A program made the translations under genes and the position numbers. The notes under the pieces were generated by a model. The model searched no databases, was not told where the DNA came from, and saw nothing but the letters and a program-made list of their open reading frames with translations. A DNA stretch of 64,000 nucleotides. It comes from Mobula hypostoma. Taxonomy: Eukaryota. Positions 11,701 to 25,689 of this stretch are shown one piece after another (within the stretch, counting starts at the first letter, position 1; each line of letters starts with the position of its first letter). The stretch lies in assembly GCF_963921235.1 (NCBI RefSeq), contig NC_086106.1, positions 22,940,001 to 23,004,000 on the forward strand. The letters are read 5' to 3'.

Positions 11701-13719
11701 ATGAAGTATTAATTTTTTTCTTTATCTCACAACCGCCCGCAATAAATATAGTTGATTTTCGTAATTATACTGTACCATCTGTTGCTGATGAATAAAAGAT
11801 AGTGCGGCAAAGACTTTTACCAGTGAGTGGCCAAAGGGGATACCATTTCTCATCAACTGCCCTGCCCTCTTTGCAAGCCAGGTATCTATTTCACGGGGTG
11901 AAACATAGTCGATGTTATTTCAGATGCATGGGTCCGTTGGGTCCGGGACTGGCGTAGAGAAAATCACAAGGTTACATTTAAAATTTCAAAGCACGTATAC
12001 AAACAAACAAGTATGCAGGACGCTATCGTACACTGCAGTGACATTACTTGCAGTGAAAGTTTTCAAAGGATAACTGAACACAAGAAAAAAACAAAGAACA
12101 ACCCACACACACACACACAAACAAGAACTGAAAAAAAAACACATTCAATGTTATATATAAGCCAAGGTGTGTAAACAGAAAAAAAAATGTAAATAAATGA
12201 ATAAATAAGAATATCTAGTAGATTAACTGTCAGTTATTGAAACAGAGTGCATAGGCCGTGTAATCAGTTATTTTTTAACATCAGTGCAGTGGTCCACCTT
12301 GGTTCATGAGCCTGATGGTTGAATGCTAGTTATAGTTGAAGGTCAACGCATAAAAGGAAACAGGGGAACAGACAAAGTGAGAGAAACCATTTTTAACTGA
12401 TCAGGGGCTCTAGTACAGATCCATATGATGGTGTGAGTTGAGAACAAAAAAAAATCGTCCTTTAACGTGATTGAATTGGACGTATCCCTTCTTTTCCGAT
12501 GGAGTACACAAAATGGAGCTGCATTTATTACGGTCATTTCATTTCTTGCAACTATGTCTGCCTCTTTTGAAAACTGTATTATATATTCTCCTTCGCTATG
12601 CACACTCATCTCTTCATACTTCACTATTTTTTTCCAGTTAATCTTGTGCTTTTGTCAATGTTTGCCCAACATCGCAGTGTATCTGATGGAACACATGAAT
12701 GGTGTTTTTCCTCAATGCACTCATAAATTGTCAATGCAGAAAAAAATGTGGCATTAAAATTGAAAAGACGGGGTTCGCTCAATATTTACAAATAAAAATA
12801 TTATTTGTGAAAGGATCACAAGGAAGTCATGCCAGGAAGTACTTAGTTAGATGCTTTATACCGTGAAAACAGTCAACTGAATCCTATGGCAAGAAATTTA
12901 AACCGCCCATATTGTTCAAATGCTAAATAAATTACATCAGCTCTAATGCACCCGAAGCGTCTCATTTTCCTTCTCTAGACATGCAAAGTATTTGCCAATT
13001 GATCTACTTTTGTCACGTCCATTGGGTGGCACCGCATACAATTTGTTTCCATAGCATTCAGGCCAGTAGTTCATTCATAAATCCACCAAGAGGACATAAA
13101 AAGTCTAATGTATGAATGCTTTACCTGAAGAATTCTCGTGCTTGTAATTCTCGTGGCCGATTCTAATGAGTGCCGAAGGGTAACGACTCTTGAAGCTGGC
13201 TGTTCAATTTGTCACGGTTTTCAGTCATCTAACAGATGGGAGTCTGAAAGAGAGCGGATTTCCGGCACTGCTGTAGTCCCAAAATCTTTGAATGTATCCC
13301 CGAGGCACCAGAATGGCTAGGCGGATATAATGTAAGTTTTTGGTTCTTTATTTAATGCACTTGGCGCCACTCACAACAATTTTTCCTTGCCTTCTGAAAC
13401 TTTTATGTATCATGATGGATCCTTTCTAAGGTGTCCTTGAGCAAACAAAGTTGAAAAGGTAGTCGTCAAAATGCTATATTTCCTTAACCTTAAGGGGTGT
13501 AGATGTCCTGGCTTTCGAACTTCGCCAAACAGTCCAAGTGACTGAAAAATGAAAACAGTCAGCTATACTTAACCCTCGGATTACTACAGTTTCAATTATT
13601 TCATAAAATCAAAAGTGATAAAATAGGAAGTGCTATATTACCGTGATTTCCACAATCTAAATGGTGCTCCAACCATAACACACGCATGAAAATGTATTTC
13701 CCAGCTATAAAGCTCGCTG

Positions 13720-13940
13720 CTTTCCTCAGGGATCGTCCTCCTCGTGATCCGCTTGTCTATTCGACCCTCTCTACTGCTTTATCTCTTGTTGCTCATCCAT
13801 ACAAACTTAATAAATCCTACACCTGCCGATTTACCTCCGCATCAGTACCACCTAGAAGACAAATCAAATTATCCTTTCAGGTGAGACAACACTTTACCGA
13901 CAAATATGTCGGGTGATTCCTTACCAGATGTGCGTGAAAA
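13720..13940 (+). mobile_element. Degenerate Penelope fragment
   Basis: FLRDRPPRDPLVYS...HPYKLNKSYTCRFTS...SFQVRQHFT is homologous to the element at 4184-4450. Confidence 0.65.
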
Positions 13941-14024
13941 GAGCTACTTTTTAGTCAGGGCAGACAGAGATTTAGGAAGTATTTTCCGATTACAGGAAGG
14001 TCAATCAGAAAGAAGGATTCATTA

Positions 14025-14865
14025 TGTTACGTACCCCTAACTGGGTTGCCAAACCAGCAGAAATGGATCACTCAGTTGGAGTCTGGAGTACTAGAACTAA
14101 GAAAGTTTTATTAAAGAAACAAGCAACACATTAATCGAAAGGATAATAAATGCAACAGTTCAGCGATGATAAACGCACATGTGCACAGAATTAAGATAAC
14201 AGCATCAATCAAGCTCTATCGTTGTCTAGGGGTAAATGACCAATTTCAAAATGACTCAAAGTTCAGTTCGCAGTAATCGTTGCCATGGCGATGGACAAGG
14301 TGGGGGAAGAGAGACATAGAATAGGAACAACTGATCATTCAGAACACGGCTTCAGTCACAGACCCACGATATGGCTCACAAACAGCTTTTGGGCGGGTCC
14401 TTGGTGATGTCACCTGAGTTCACCGACTGTGACCCCTCCTCCAGATGCGGTCGATCCTCTGCAGTGAACCCGGCACCCAGGCAAGGGCGGACACACACCG
14501 GGTTCCCGCTGATCGTACCTTTCCACCCTTGTCGTTGTCTGATGCTTCTCACCCACTCGTGAGAGGCGCACCGCTTCCAGGGTCTCGTTACCTCGGGTGG
14601 CGTGTGTCTGTCTTAGCGAACATGTCCCTTTTTATCCCCCTGCTGGGGCATCGCCTGTCCATCACTTCAAACAGTTCAAGGTTCAAAGAGGGGAGTCGCT
14701 CCAGACAGCTCTCTCTCCCACATTCCTTCATTACACATCTCCAGACGCTGCTCCATTGTTCCTTATCTCTCCTTCCCCTGAGGGCAGGTGGCAGACCAAC
14801 TGCTGATGCCACTGATGCTAGCCCAGGCCGGCAAACATCTTAATTTTATGTGTATTCTCGTAACA
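14025..14865 (-). mobile_element. Solo LTR (Gypsy-type) with 4-bp TSD
   Basis: TGTTACG...CGTAACA inverted termini; ATTA flanks both sides (14021-14024 and 14866-14869); AATAAA on the minus strand near the left end. Confidence 0.85.
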
Positions 14866-15029
14866 ATTAGAAAAGACAATTGAGAATGTATCCGCGCAAG
14901 CAGACCGACTTTTCGTTGGGAGGACACATTTTACAGTGCGCCAGTGTTCAGTATTTATTTGGCCCATCAGGCTCAAGCGATATCATGTTAGAGTGAGGTA
15001 ACTTGTCTTATAAGTAATCCGGGAGTTTA

Positions 15030-16420
15030 TAGGCCGGTAGGTCTGACGGCGGTAGTCGGTAAGTTATTGGAAGGAGTACTGGGAGATAGGATCTACAAGT
15101 ATTTGGAGAATCGTGGTCTTATTAGGGAGAGACAACATGGATTTGTGAGTGGTAGTTCATGTTTAACCAATCCATTAGATGTTATCGAGGAGTTTATCAG
15201 GAAACTGGATAAAGGGAAGGCATTGCATGTTGTCTACATGGACTTCAGTAAGGCCTTTGACAAGGTCCCGCATGGGAGGTTAGTTACAAAGATTCAGTCG
15301 CAAGGTATACATGGGCAGCTGGTAAATTGAATTAGACGCTGGCTCACATGGATTGAGGTAGTAAATTCAATGGAAGAAGCCAGAGAGTGGTAGTGGAGGA
15401 TTGCTTCTCTGAGTGGAGGCCTGTGACTAGTAGTGTACCACTATTGCATTTTGTCATTTATATCAAAGATCTGGATGATAATGTGGTAAATTGGATCAGC
15501 ATATTTGCTGATGATACAAAGATTGGAGGTGTACTGGACAGTGTGCAAGGTTTTCAAAGCTTGCAGAGGGATTTGGACCAGCTGGATAAATGGGCTGAAA
15601 AATGTAGATGGAGTTTCATACAGACAGGTGCGAGGTATTGCACTCTGGAAGGACAAACCAAGGTAGAATATACAAGGTTAATAATAGGGCACTGGCGAGT
15701 GCAGTAGAACAGAGGGATCTGGGAATACAGATACAGCATTCCCGAAAACTGGCGACACAGGTAGATAGGGTCGTAGAGAATGTTTTTGGTACATTGGCCT
15801 TCATAAATAAAAGCATTGAGTATAAGAGTTGGAATACTGTGGTGCGTTTGTATCAGGCACTGGTGAGGCCGAATTTGGAGGATTGCGTGCAGTTTTTGTC
15901 ATCAAATTACAGGAAGGGTATTAATAAGGTTGAACGAGTCTACAGAAGGTTAAAAGAATGTTGCAGGGACTTAAAAAACTGAGTTATAGAGAAAGGTTGA
16001 CTAGGTTGGGTCTTCATTCCCTGGAGCGCAAAAGAATGAGGGGAGATTTGATAGAGGTATATAAAATTATAATGAGTATAGATAGAGTTAATACAAGCAG
16101 GCTTTTCCCACTGAGTCGAGGGGAGACGAAAATCAGAAGACAATGGGGTAAGGGGGAAGGGGTAAGTATAAAGGGAACACTGGGGTGGGGCTTCTTCGCA
16201 CAGAGAGTTGTGGGTTTATGGAATGAGCTACCAGATGCTGTGTTAAATGTGGGCTCAGTTTTAACAATTAAGAAAAACTAGGACAGCTACATGGATGAGA
16301 GGTGTATGGAGGGATGTGGTCCAGGTGCAGGTCAGTGCGACTAGGCAGGGAGATGGTTCGGCACAGCTAACAAGGGCAGAAGGCCTGTTTCTGTGCAGCA
16401 ATGTTCTATAGTTCCATGGT
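15030..16420 (+). mobile_element. CR1 LINE, RT to 3' UTR (frameshifted)
   Basis: VYMDFSKAFDKVPHGRL, IFADDTKIGG, LVRPNLEDCVQF and RGDLIEVYKI, followed by 3' UTR. Confidence 0.92.
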
Positions 16421-16499
16421 TCTAAGTTCCTCAATGTGGGTATTTGTTCATTCCACATATGTTAGTTCATAGTTGATTAGTTAGAAAAGATACGGGACA

Positions 16500-19400
16500 G
16501 TGATCTGTGCTCTGTCTGGAATGGATAGTGGCGCAGTTATCAGTACTCTGTCTGAAATGTGGGACTCTGGAAGACCACCTGTGTCACAGATACACACGCC
16601 TGCACAATTCCATTAAATTGGAAATTCTGATAGAACATATACAGAACCTACATCTGCAGTTCAATGAACTTTGACTCATATGGGAAAATGAAGAGGTGAT
16701 GGACATGAGCTAAAAATAGGTTAATAATACCCTGTTTCCAGAAGTCAATTAAATGCTGATTGTCAGGAGAAGACATGGAAAGTGCACACCAGTGCAAAGT
16801 ACACGTGTGGACTCGCCCCTCTATTTTAACTGCAAATACAATTGATGCCGAAAACTTACCAGGGGAGAGCCAAAGTACAGGACTCTGGCGCCCTGTCTGG
16901 TGCTGTGGCTCAGAAGAGCAGCGAGATAAAGAGGAATGCAGCGTTGCTGAGAGTCCATAGTTCGCTGAAAGATGTCGGGTAGGATATCTCGTTGCATATT
17001 GGCAAACAATGATATTGTTCGACATGATGAGGAGGTCCTGAAGAGGGAACGTAACAAGCTTGGTATAAATCCAAGAAACAGAACCTCTAGCGTATTAATC
17101 TCTGGATTCCTGTCTGTGCCAAATGTCATTGTGTGTAAAATAAGATTCTTTTGACAGGTGAATGCGTGGTTGAAGAACTGATGAAAGGGACAGGAGTTAA
17201 CACTTATGGATCATTGGAATTTCTTTTGTCAAAGGTATGACCTATATAAATGGGACGGATTACAACTGATTCCTAGGGCATCCTTAGCATTTTGGCTCGG
17301 GTACACAACGTGGTGTGAACCTGAATGATAATGCTGAAAATGAGGTAGTTAATTTGCAAACGAAGGTAATGTGTCTTGAGACCCCAAGACAGGAGGGTTG
17401 ATGATGGGGAAATCTGCAGTCAACAGATTGTGACACAATGTATAAGTGATAAGAAATTAAGTTCTTTATCTGTCCGATATACAGATTAAAAACTTATAGC
17501 AAAGTTATAGATAGGCTTGTATGTTGTTGTAGTCATAACTGAATCAGCCAAAACTATGTTTTTAGCTGGATCTTTATGTCCAAGCACACACTTTGATTCG
17601 AAAAGTCAGGCAGGAACAGAAAAGGATTGGAACTGCTCCGTGGGTAAAATAAATAAATAAGTAAATGAATAAATAAATACATAAATAAATGACATCAAAC
17701 CATGAAAAAACAGTGACAAGAGCTGGAAACTGTTGTATCATTACGGATATAGCTATGGAGCTGCATGCGTAAAAATGCCCTGATGGAAGTTATATGCAGA
17801 CCCCGAAATAGTATTAAGGATGTGAGCTACAAAGAACATGCCACGTTGGCAATGTTTAAATATTCATTGGTGATCTCAGCATACCGGTGTATTGAGGAAA
17901 TCAGTTTTTTGTTCGATCCCACTATGGGGAAGTTTCTGGACTGCCTAGGATATGGTTTTCCTAGAAAACTTTGTGCTTGAGCCCACAAAGCGATCAGGTA
18001 TGCTGAATTTAATGCTGTGTTATCATACGGATTTGATTAGCGTGTTTACGGTAAAAGAATGAATAGGGGAAAGTGATCGAATTAACCGGTAATTTTGAGA
18101 AAGAGAAGGTAAAGCCAGATGTATCATTATAACAATGGAGTAAAGAGGAATATAGAGACATGAAGGAGGAGTTGGACAGATTTGATTGAAACAGATTAAG
18201 GCGAGAGAGAACACCGGACTGCTGGAAAAGCGTTGCTTCAGAGGCAAAAGGAAATGTCATACATATTGAAAAAAAAAAACATTGCATCTATTTTCACTGT
18301 TGAAGATATTAATAGTATAGTGCAATTTTCTTGCGTTGGAGGAAAGAAAGTATATGAAGTTATCATTATAAGGAAGACAGCTTTTGGGAAACTGAAAGTT
18401 CTGACGGGAGATTGGTAATATGCAATAGATGTAGTACACCTGGATTTTCTGAAAGTGGTGACTGAAGGGATGGTGGGGTGATTATTAATGAGATCTCAAG
18501 AAGCTCTGCATTCTGTCATGGTTCTGGAAGACAGCAACATAGAAAATATCTCTCTGCTCTTAAAGAAGGGGCCGAGGCAGAGTAATGGAAATTACAGGCG
18601 TGTCAGTCTGCCTTCTGTCCTTAGGAATATATTGGATTTGATTGTTGACGGTGTGGTTTCGTTGTACCTGGAGGCACATGAAAACATCGGCAGTGGTAGT
18701 CATGACTTCCTGATCGGAAAATCTTCTCTCACAGCTCTGTTAGGATTCTTTGAATATATAGCAAGTAAGATAGACAACGGACAACCGCTTGAATTGTTTG
18801 TTTCGAATTTTGAAACGCATGTGACAAGGTCTCACACCTGACGTTACGAGCCCATGGTATTACTGCGCAACTTCTGACATGGATTAAACAATGGCTGACT
18901 GATAGGACGAAAGTAGTCAGAGGAAAGGAAGCCTTTGCTGGTTGACTGCCGCTGTCTAGTGGTCTTCCACATGGGACGGTGTTGGAACCGATTATTTTTA
19001 CGTTAACTGTTAATGACTTTAAATGTGGAATGTTGTCTTTGCTTGAATATTTGCAGCCGATACGAATATAGATAGTCGGACAAGTTTGAGGAAACAGGCG
19101 GGGTACAGAAGGACTTAGGCAGATTAACAGAAAGGCCAATGAAAGGGCAGATGGAATAAAATGTGGGAAATTGCAAATAAAAGGTTTGACTATTTTCCAG
19201 ATGGAGAAACAATACATAGCAACGATTTGGACAAATCAAATAGGAAATGGTTGTACAAGATTCCATAAATGTTAATATCCAGGTTAAGCCTGCGATGAAG
19301 AGAACAAATGCGACGTTCACATCCATTTCAATAAGACTGAAATATAAAAGCAAGGATGTAGTTTTGAGACTTTATTAATTACAGATGACGCCTCATGGAG

Positions 19401-19788
19401 TGATATGAGCAAACGTTGTGCCTCGTATCTTAGAAAGGAAAAGACGTGCTGAAACTGAAACGGTTCAAACGGCTTTTTCGAAAATCGCTCCGGGTTTAAA
19501 GGCTTGACATATGAGGACCGATTAATGATTCTGGGTCTCTAGTCACAGGAAGTCAAAAGAACAATGGGTATTTACATTAATATATATGGAATGTTGAAAA
19601 CCGTGATGGAGTGGGTACGGGGAGGAGGCTTCCCTTGCTGGAAGAATCTAGCACCAGAAGAAATCACCTCTGAATAAAGGATGCAGTTTTAGAAAGAAGT
19701 TGAGAAGGAATTTCCTTCGCCAGATAGTGATGACTCTGCTGTAAATCCTAGCCATAGGAAGCCGTGGAGGCTAACGCGTTATTCATAT
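16500..19788 (+). mobile_element. Old near-full-length CR1 (ORF1, APE, RT; highly degraded)
   Basis: ORF1 esterase-like remnants (~16800-17300), NYRRVSLPSVLRNIL...HDFLIGKSSLTALL (18488-18841) and a CR1 3' region. Right end is interrupted by the Gypsy LTR. Confidence 0.7.
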
Positions 19789-20679
19789 TGTTACGTAACC
19801 GGCAACAATGAATATCATTCGAGACAGCTTATATAAAAAGAACCAAATATTTATTAATAAAAACTAAACGATAAAGTAAAAAAGAAACAAAAACTTTAAC
19901 CGGAAGTTAACCGCTATGCAGCCGTTCCCCAACTCGCCACTCGGCACTGGCTCTCAAAGCGTTAAATGCGAAAACAGTTCGTAAAGCGATAAAGTCATCT
20001 ACAGTTCTCAAAGCAATAAATTCGAAAGTCAAACAGATTTTTTCGTTCAATTGGAAAAGACATCTCTGGAGAAGGATGTCTTCATGGAAGCAACTTTTCT
20101 GCTGTTTCTGTCCACGGGATTCAGGATGCAGTAAATAAACAGTTTAAAACAACTGACCTTTCATTCCTTTAGAGAGAGAGAGCACACCTTTGCATGGACT
20201 CTTTGCTCTTTTTGGCAAGTGTTATCCCCGATGCAAGTCGCTACCCCTCCCAGGAGGACTCAATAAGGTCGATCCTTTATTAAACTGCCAAACGATGCCG
20301 ACTCCTGTCGATCCTTCGGTTCTTTACTTCGATACATTCCTCACTCTCCCTTCTACTCTTGGAATTGGGTAAATCAACACATCTAGCAAAAATGTCCAGT
20401 CCAATAATATGGTATCTTGCAATAGAACACAAATATCCGTGTAAAAATGAAACTGCGTCACAAAAACAAACACGCAACAGAAACGGAGACACAACACGTT
20501 CTACCTGGAAATCAACAAACTAAAAAAAAACACTGCGTCATTGAGTCGACCTGTATATCGTCATGGTGCACATGTCATCACGTGACCTCACATCGGCGGG
20601 AAAATCACACCAGGTGACATGCAAAAGACCACTACATCATTCTCACAAAAAATACACAGATTTCATTGAGCATGCAATA
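19789..20679 (-). repeat. 3' LTR of Gypsy copy 1
   Basis: Begins TGTTACG; ends catgcaata (degenerate CATGTAACA); homologous to the LTRs at 29180, 34404, 38068 and 42151. Confidence 0.85.
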
Positions 20680-23600
20680 TTTCCCTCCAAAAAAAATGGT
20701 CTCTTAGAGAACAATTTTTAGAAACTAACAATTTATACAAAAAATAAAGGCTATAAAATTTACAAAATACACAATATATGCACAATCTTATCTTTCAGCC
20801 CTTTACTAACTAATGTACAGTAGGAGTGTTCCAAATGTTAATATATCACTCCAAAAAACAATTATTATACATTTAACATCTAGACAATCAGCGATCACAT
20901 TGTCTTTATCTTTAATATGAGTGATCAAAATATTGTATTTCTATAACATTAGACTGTTTTATTAAACTAGAGTCTAATTTTCTTACCCCTTTTCCTTAAC
21001 AGTCACAGTGGCATGACCAAAATCACTTTCAGCTAAGTTAATAGTTAAGTTAGCTTTTGAAAGTCTCTCAAATAATTACTCCACAGCCTTAATGTGTGCT
21101 TTTCACGTATTATTCCCCGTAACTAAATCATCAATATAGGCATCTGTATCTTCTAATCCCTGAATCACGTTATTAATCATCTTCTGAAAAATGCCTGGTG
21201 CATTCTTTTTTCCCAAATGGAAGAACATTATATTCATATAACCCAGATGGGGTAAGAAATGCTGAAATCTCTTTACCTCTTTCCGTCAACAACCTTTTAA
21301 CAAATCAATTTTTGTAAGGAATTTGGGCTGCCCAACTTTATCCTCACAACCATCTACTCTAGAGATCTGATGTGCATCAGTCTTTGTGACAGCATTCACC
21401 GTTCTGTAATTCGTGCAAAAACGTATACCATTGTCTGGCTTAGGCACCATAACACACGATGAAAAACAATTCGAATTAGAATGTCTAATAATATCATTTT
21501 CTAACATATACTTAATTTCCTGTTCGGCAGATTCACATTTTCCCTATTGATTCGATACGGATGTAGTTTTATGGGTTTTGCATCTCCAACATCAACGTCT
21601 ACATTGGGTTTAAACTGAGTTTCAGCCAAATCCTGCAGTAAGTTTTCATCAAGATCCGACTCATTATTGATCACAACAGCCATAGCAGCAACCTCTCTCT
21701 CATAATACGGTTCTATCATAGTTATATGACACAGCTGTGATGACCTTCTCCGATGTGAGGTTATTACCATATAATCCACATCATTTACCTTTTATTTGAT
21801 CTCATAAGGACCACGAAATTTGGCTTGTAATGCATTCGTTTGCATTGGGAAATGAACCAACACCTTATCTCCGGGCTTAAATGACCTCATCCTAGCTTCC
21901 TTATCATACCACGTCTTCTCTTGAGCTAACTTTAAATTTTCCTTGGCCAAGCTACAATCCTTATACAATCTGTCTTTAAATTTGGAAACATAATCTAGCA
22001 AATGAGTGTGTACTTCTTTAATAATCCACTGTTAGTTGAAGAACGCCTCGAACAAAAGTTCAGAGGGACTAAAACCTGAGGATTCCTGTAGTGCCTCCCT
22101 TTCTGCAAAAAAGTAGTAAATGTTTACCTTCATCCCAGTCCTTTTCATTTTCCACACAGTAGGTCGTAATCACAGTCTTTAGTGTGGAATGGAATCTCTC
22201 CAAGTTTCCTTGTGTTTCTGGATGATAGGCCAAGGATAAATTTTGTTTTGCTCCCAATTTATAACCTACCTGCTGAAACAACCCCGACATAAAATTACTA
22301 CCTTGATCTGATTGTATTTCCTTAAGCAACCCAAAATAAGTAAGGGATTTTATAAGAGATTTTGTCACAGTTTTGGTTGTTATGTTCTAAAGAGGCACTG
22401 CCTCTGGAAACCTAGACGCTGTGCACATAAAATTTAATAAATATTGATGTCCAGTTTTAGTTTTTTGCAATGACTTACACAGTCTACAATAATTTTTGAG
22501 AACGGCTCAACAAATACAGGAATGCGTTGCAGTGGGGCCACTGAAGTAACTTGATTAGCTATACCGACAATTAGACACGTACGACATATTCTACAAAATT
22601 TCGCCACATCTTGTCTTAAACTAGGCCAATAAATATGTTTAGAAACTTTGATCATAGTTTTCTTTACACCTAAATGACCACCCAAGGGAATACAATGAGC
22701 CATAGTTAAAATCTCATTTCGGTAAATTTTTGGAGCTACTACCTGATCATTAACTTCCCATTCCCGACTAGCAGAAATTGTAGGTGATGTCCACTTTCTC
22801 ATTAATATCCCCTTTTCAAAATTATATCCAACTGGTACTTTTTCAATTTCACTATCTGGAAAAGCTTGTTCTTTTACTTTAAATATCTCAGGATCTCTAC
22901 CCTGCTCTGCTATCATCTCCTTCCGAGATAAAGACAAATCTTCCTGATCAGACATACAAACAAAATTATGATCAAATAAGGTAGGTAAGGAAGTTTCCGA
23001 TACATCCTCAAAATTTGAATCTTGATTTGAGCTGTCATGGGGAACAACCTCATTCTTTGTATCAGTCTTTTTGGCCATAGTTCTTCATACAACACAGGAA
23101 GACCCTGTGTTAGAATTCCTATGTGGTTTCTTAGAATCTGCATTTATTGACAAATGTACTTCAGAAAAAAACCTGTCCACCTGCTAAAATCATTCCCTAT
23201 CAAAAGTGAAACTTCATTCACAGGTAAACTGGATTATAGTCCTACTTTAAAAACCCCTGTAACTAATCTTGACCTTAAATTTACTCTATGTAAATGTACT
23301 GGCGTAAAGGCGCTCCCTACTCCTGGTATGTAATTTACATTTTAAGTATCAGACTCATCACTAAACTTTAGCACACTGTCTAATATTAGTGATTGCGAAG
23401 CTCCAGTATCTCTAAGTATTCTTATTGGTACTGAATGGGATCCTTCTTTCAAAGATGCAGATCTTCCTGTTATAAAAGTTTCATATCCCTTTTTAACTTT
23501 TTCAGTCTCTGATACATCTTCATTAGTATTTTCTAAACCCTGTTTCTTTACAGGTTTCTCAATACGCTGCACACAAGTATATGGGACTACTTCTTTCTCT

Positions 23601-24740
23601 TTCTTCTTCATTTGGAAGCAATTAGCTACTACATCTCCAGGTTGCTTACAATAATTACAAATAATACCAAAATGTATTTCCTTCACAGGTCCCCCTTCGT
23701 CCTACTTTATTCCACTAACTTCAGATTTACGTTCTGGTTTACGTTGACTCTCTGTGCTATTTTTCCGTTTAAAAAAAAATATCTGGAGAAAATATATTCT
23801 TCTGAATTAAAACATACTCATGAGCTAATTTAGCAATCCCCTGCAATGTAACAGTGTCCCGTTCATTTAATGATGTTCTCACTTCAACTGGAATGCTTCT
23901 TTTAAACTCCTCCTGCAAAGTCAGCTCTTTTAATTTATTGTACTCCCCATTCACATTTTTAGAGGAAACCCATCCCTCAAAACACACAGATTTCTCATAG
24001 GCAAATTCCACATAAGTTTTTATCACCGATTTCTTCAAACTTCTGAATCCTTCTCTATACGCGTCCGGGACCGCCTCATATGCCTTTAATATGTGCTGGC
24101 TAACAATGTCATAATCCAGTGCTTGCTCAGCATTTAAAGCTGTATTAACTTGTACTGCCTTTCCTTTAATTACACTCTGTCACATCAGTGGCCATTGGTC
24201 TTTCGGCCACTTAAACCCAGAGCAACAATTTCGAAATGTTGGAAATATATGTCCACATCACCATCACTAAATGGAGGAGCCAAAATAACCTCACGACTCG
24301 CAATAATCCGTTTCGTAGAACCAGAAGACTGACTCCCGGAGTTTAATTTCTGCATCTGTAGCTCGAATTTCATCTGATTTCAGCTTCATTTTATTTAAAT
24401 TCCTTTAATTTAATAGCCTCCATAGCCTCTAATTCCTTTTGTTCATTTACTGCTTCTAACGGACTCGTTTACAAATCAGCTTCTAATCGCTTTAACTTTA
24501 TTTGTTCAAGATGGAACTGCATTTCCAGATTGCTCGTTGGAAACTTATTTGCAACCTACTCATCAAATAATTCCAAATTAATATAATGTTCAGTGATTTT
24601 TCTTTGTATGAAAGCCTTGGTGGAATTTCTCGTAATTATTTTCGGCTGATGGTTTAAAACGCTGAATTGATGGCCTCTGTCCAATATCGACAGGCTTCGA
24701 GAATGTCACTAAAAATTCGGCCTCGCCAATACCTTATGCA
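19789..24740 (-). mobile_element. Gmr1-type Gypsy LTR retrotransposon copy 1 (5' LTR missing)
   Basis: On the minus strand: gag, knuckle CNYCKQPGDVVANC, protease ILRDTGASQS, integrase HHCC and core (IQSDQGSNF, YHPETQGNLERFH), then RT (PKPDNGIRFCTNYR, YIDD). PPT ggagggaaa and 3' LTR follow. Confidence 0.9.
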
Positions 24741-24769
24741 ACCTCACCAGAACAATCCAACTCTTATAG

Positions 24770-25470
24770 TCAGTACTTTGATTTATAAAGGCCAATGTAC
24801 CAAAAGCTCTCATTACGACGCTGTCTACATGTCACGTCACTTTTAGATAATTTATATCTATTTTCCCGGATTCCGCTGTTTAACTGCACTCCTCAGTGCC
24901 CAAACATTTACCTTGTGTGTTATACCTTGGTTTGACCTTCCAAAGTGCAATACCTCACACTTCTCTGTATTAATCACCATTTGCCATTTTTGGCCCATTT
25001 TTCCAGCTGGTCCATATCCCTCTGCAAGCTTTGAAAACCTTTCTCACTGTCCACTACAGCTCCAATCTTTGTATCGTCAGCAACATTGCTGATCCAATTT
25101 ACAACATTATCATCTAGATCATTGATATAGATGACACATAACAATTGTCCCAGCACTGATCCCTGTGGCACACCACTCGTCATTGACTGGATCTTCCTAA
25201 CCAATCTCCCATGCGGGTCATTGTCAAAGGCCATACTGAAGTCCATGCAGACAACATCCACTGCCTTCCCTTCATCCGCTTTCTTGGTAACCTCCTCAAA
25301 AAACTCTAATTAATTTGATTATCATGACCTACCACGCGCAAATCCATGTTGAATCTCTTTAATACGTCCTGGTCTGTCCAAATACTTGTAGATCCTATCT
25401 CTTGGTACACCTTTCAATAATTTAACAACTACCGACGTCAAATTTGCGGCCAACAATTTCCGGGATTATT
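24770..25470 (-). mobile_element. CR1 RT fragment with internal deletion
   Basis: DVVCMDFSMAFDNDPHGRL...SGVPQGSVLG...VADDTKIG. Confidence 0.88.
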
Positions 25471-25689
25471 CTTATAGTCTTTTGTTGAAATAACGGAATT
25501 CAAATTCAGGATTTATAATGTACCCCCAGAAGCATCCTCCCTCCTGATTTCTAGTATTTTATTTTTTTGGAATTCCTTCAATTGCGTCTGTAATCCAAGG
25601 TTATTCTCAAAATGCATTAGCATTTGTAAACCCATCTTCTCTAGAATTGTCAAGCATCCAGATCAGGCTTATATTTACTCAGCTTGGGT

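Noticed and set aside
21004-21010. CACAGTG/CACTGTG heptamers within Gypsy RT, CR1 and SINE sequence (also ~30409, ~39297, ~48090, ~54705)
   Set aside because: No nonamer at 12 or 23 bp where checked; they are part of TE consensus sequence.
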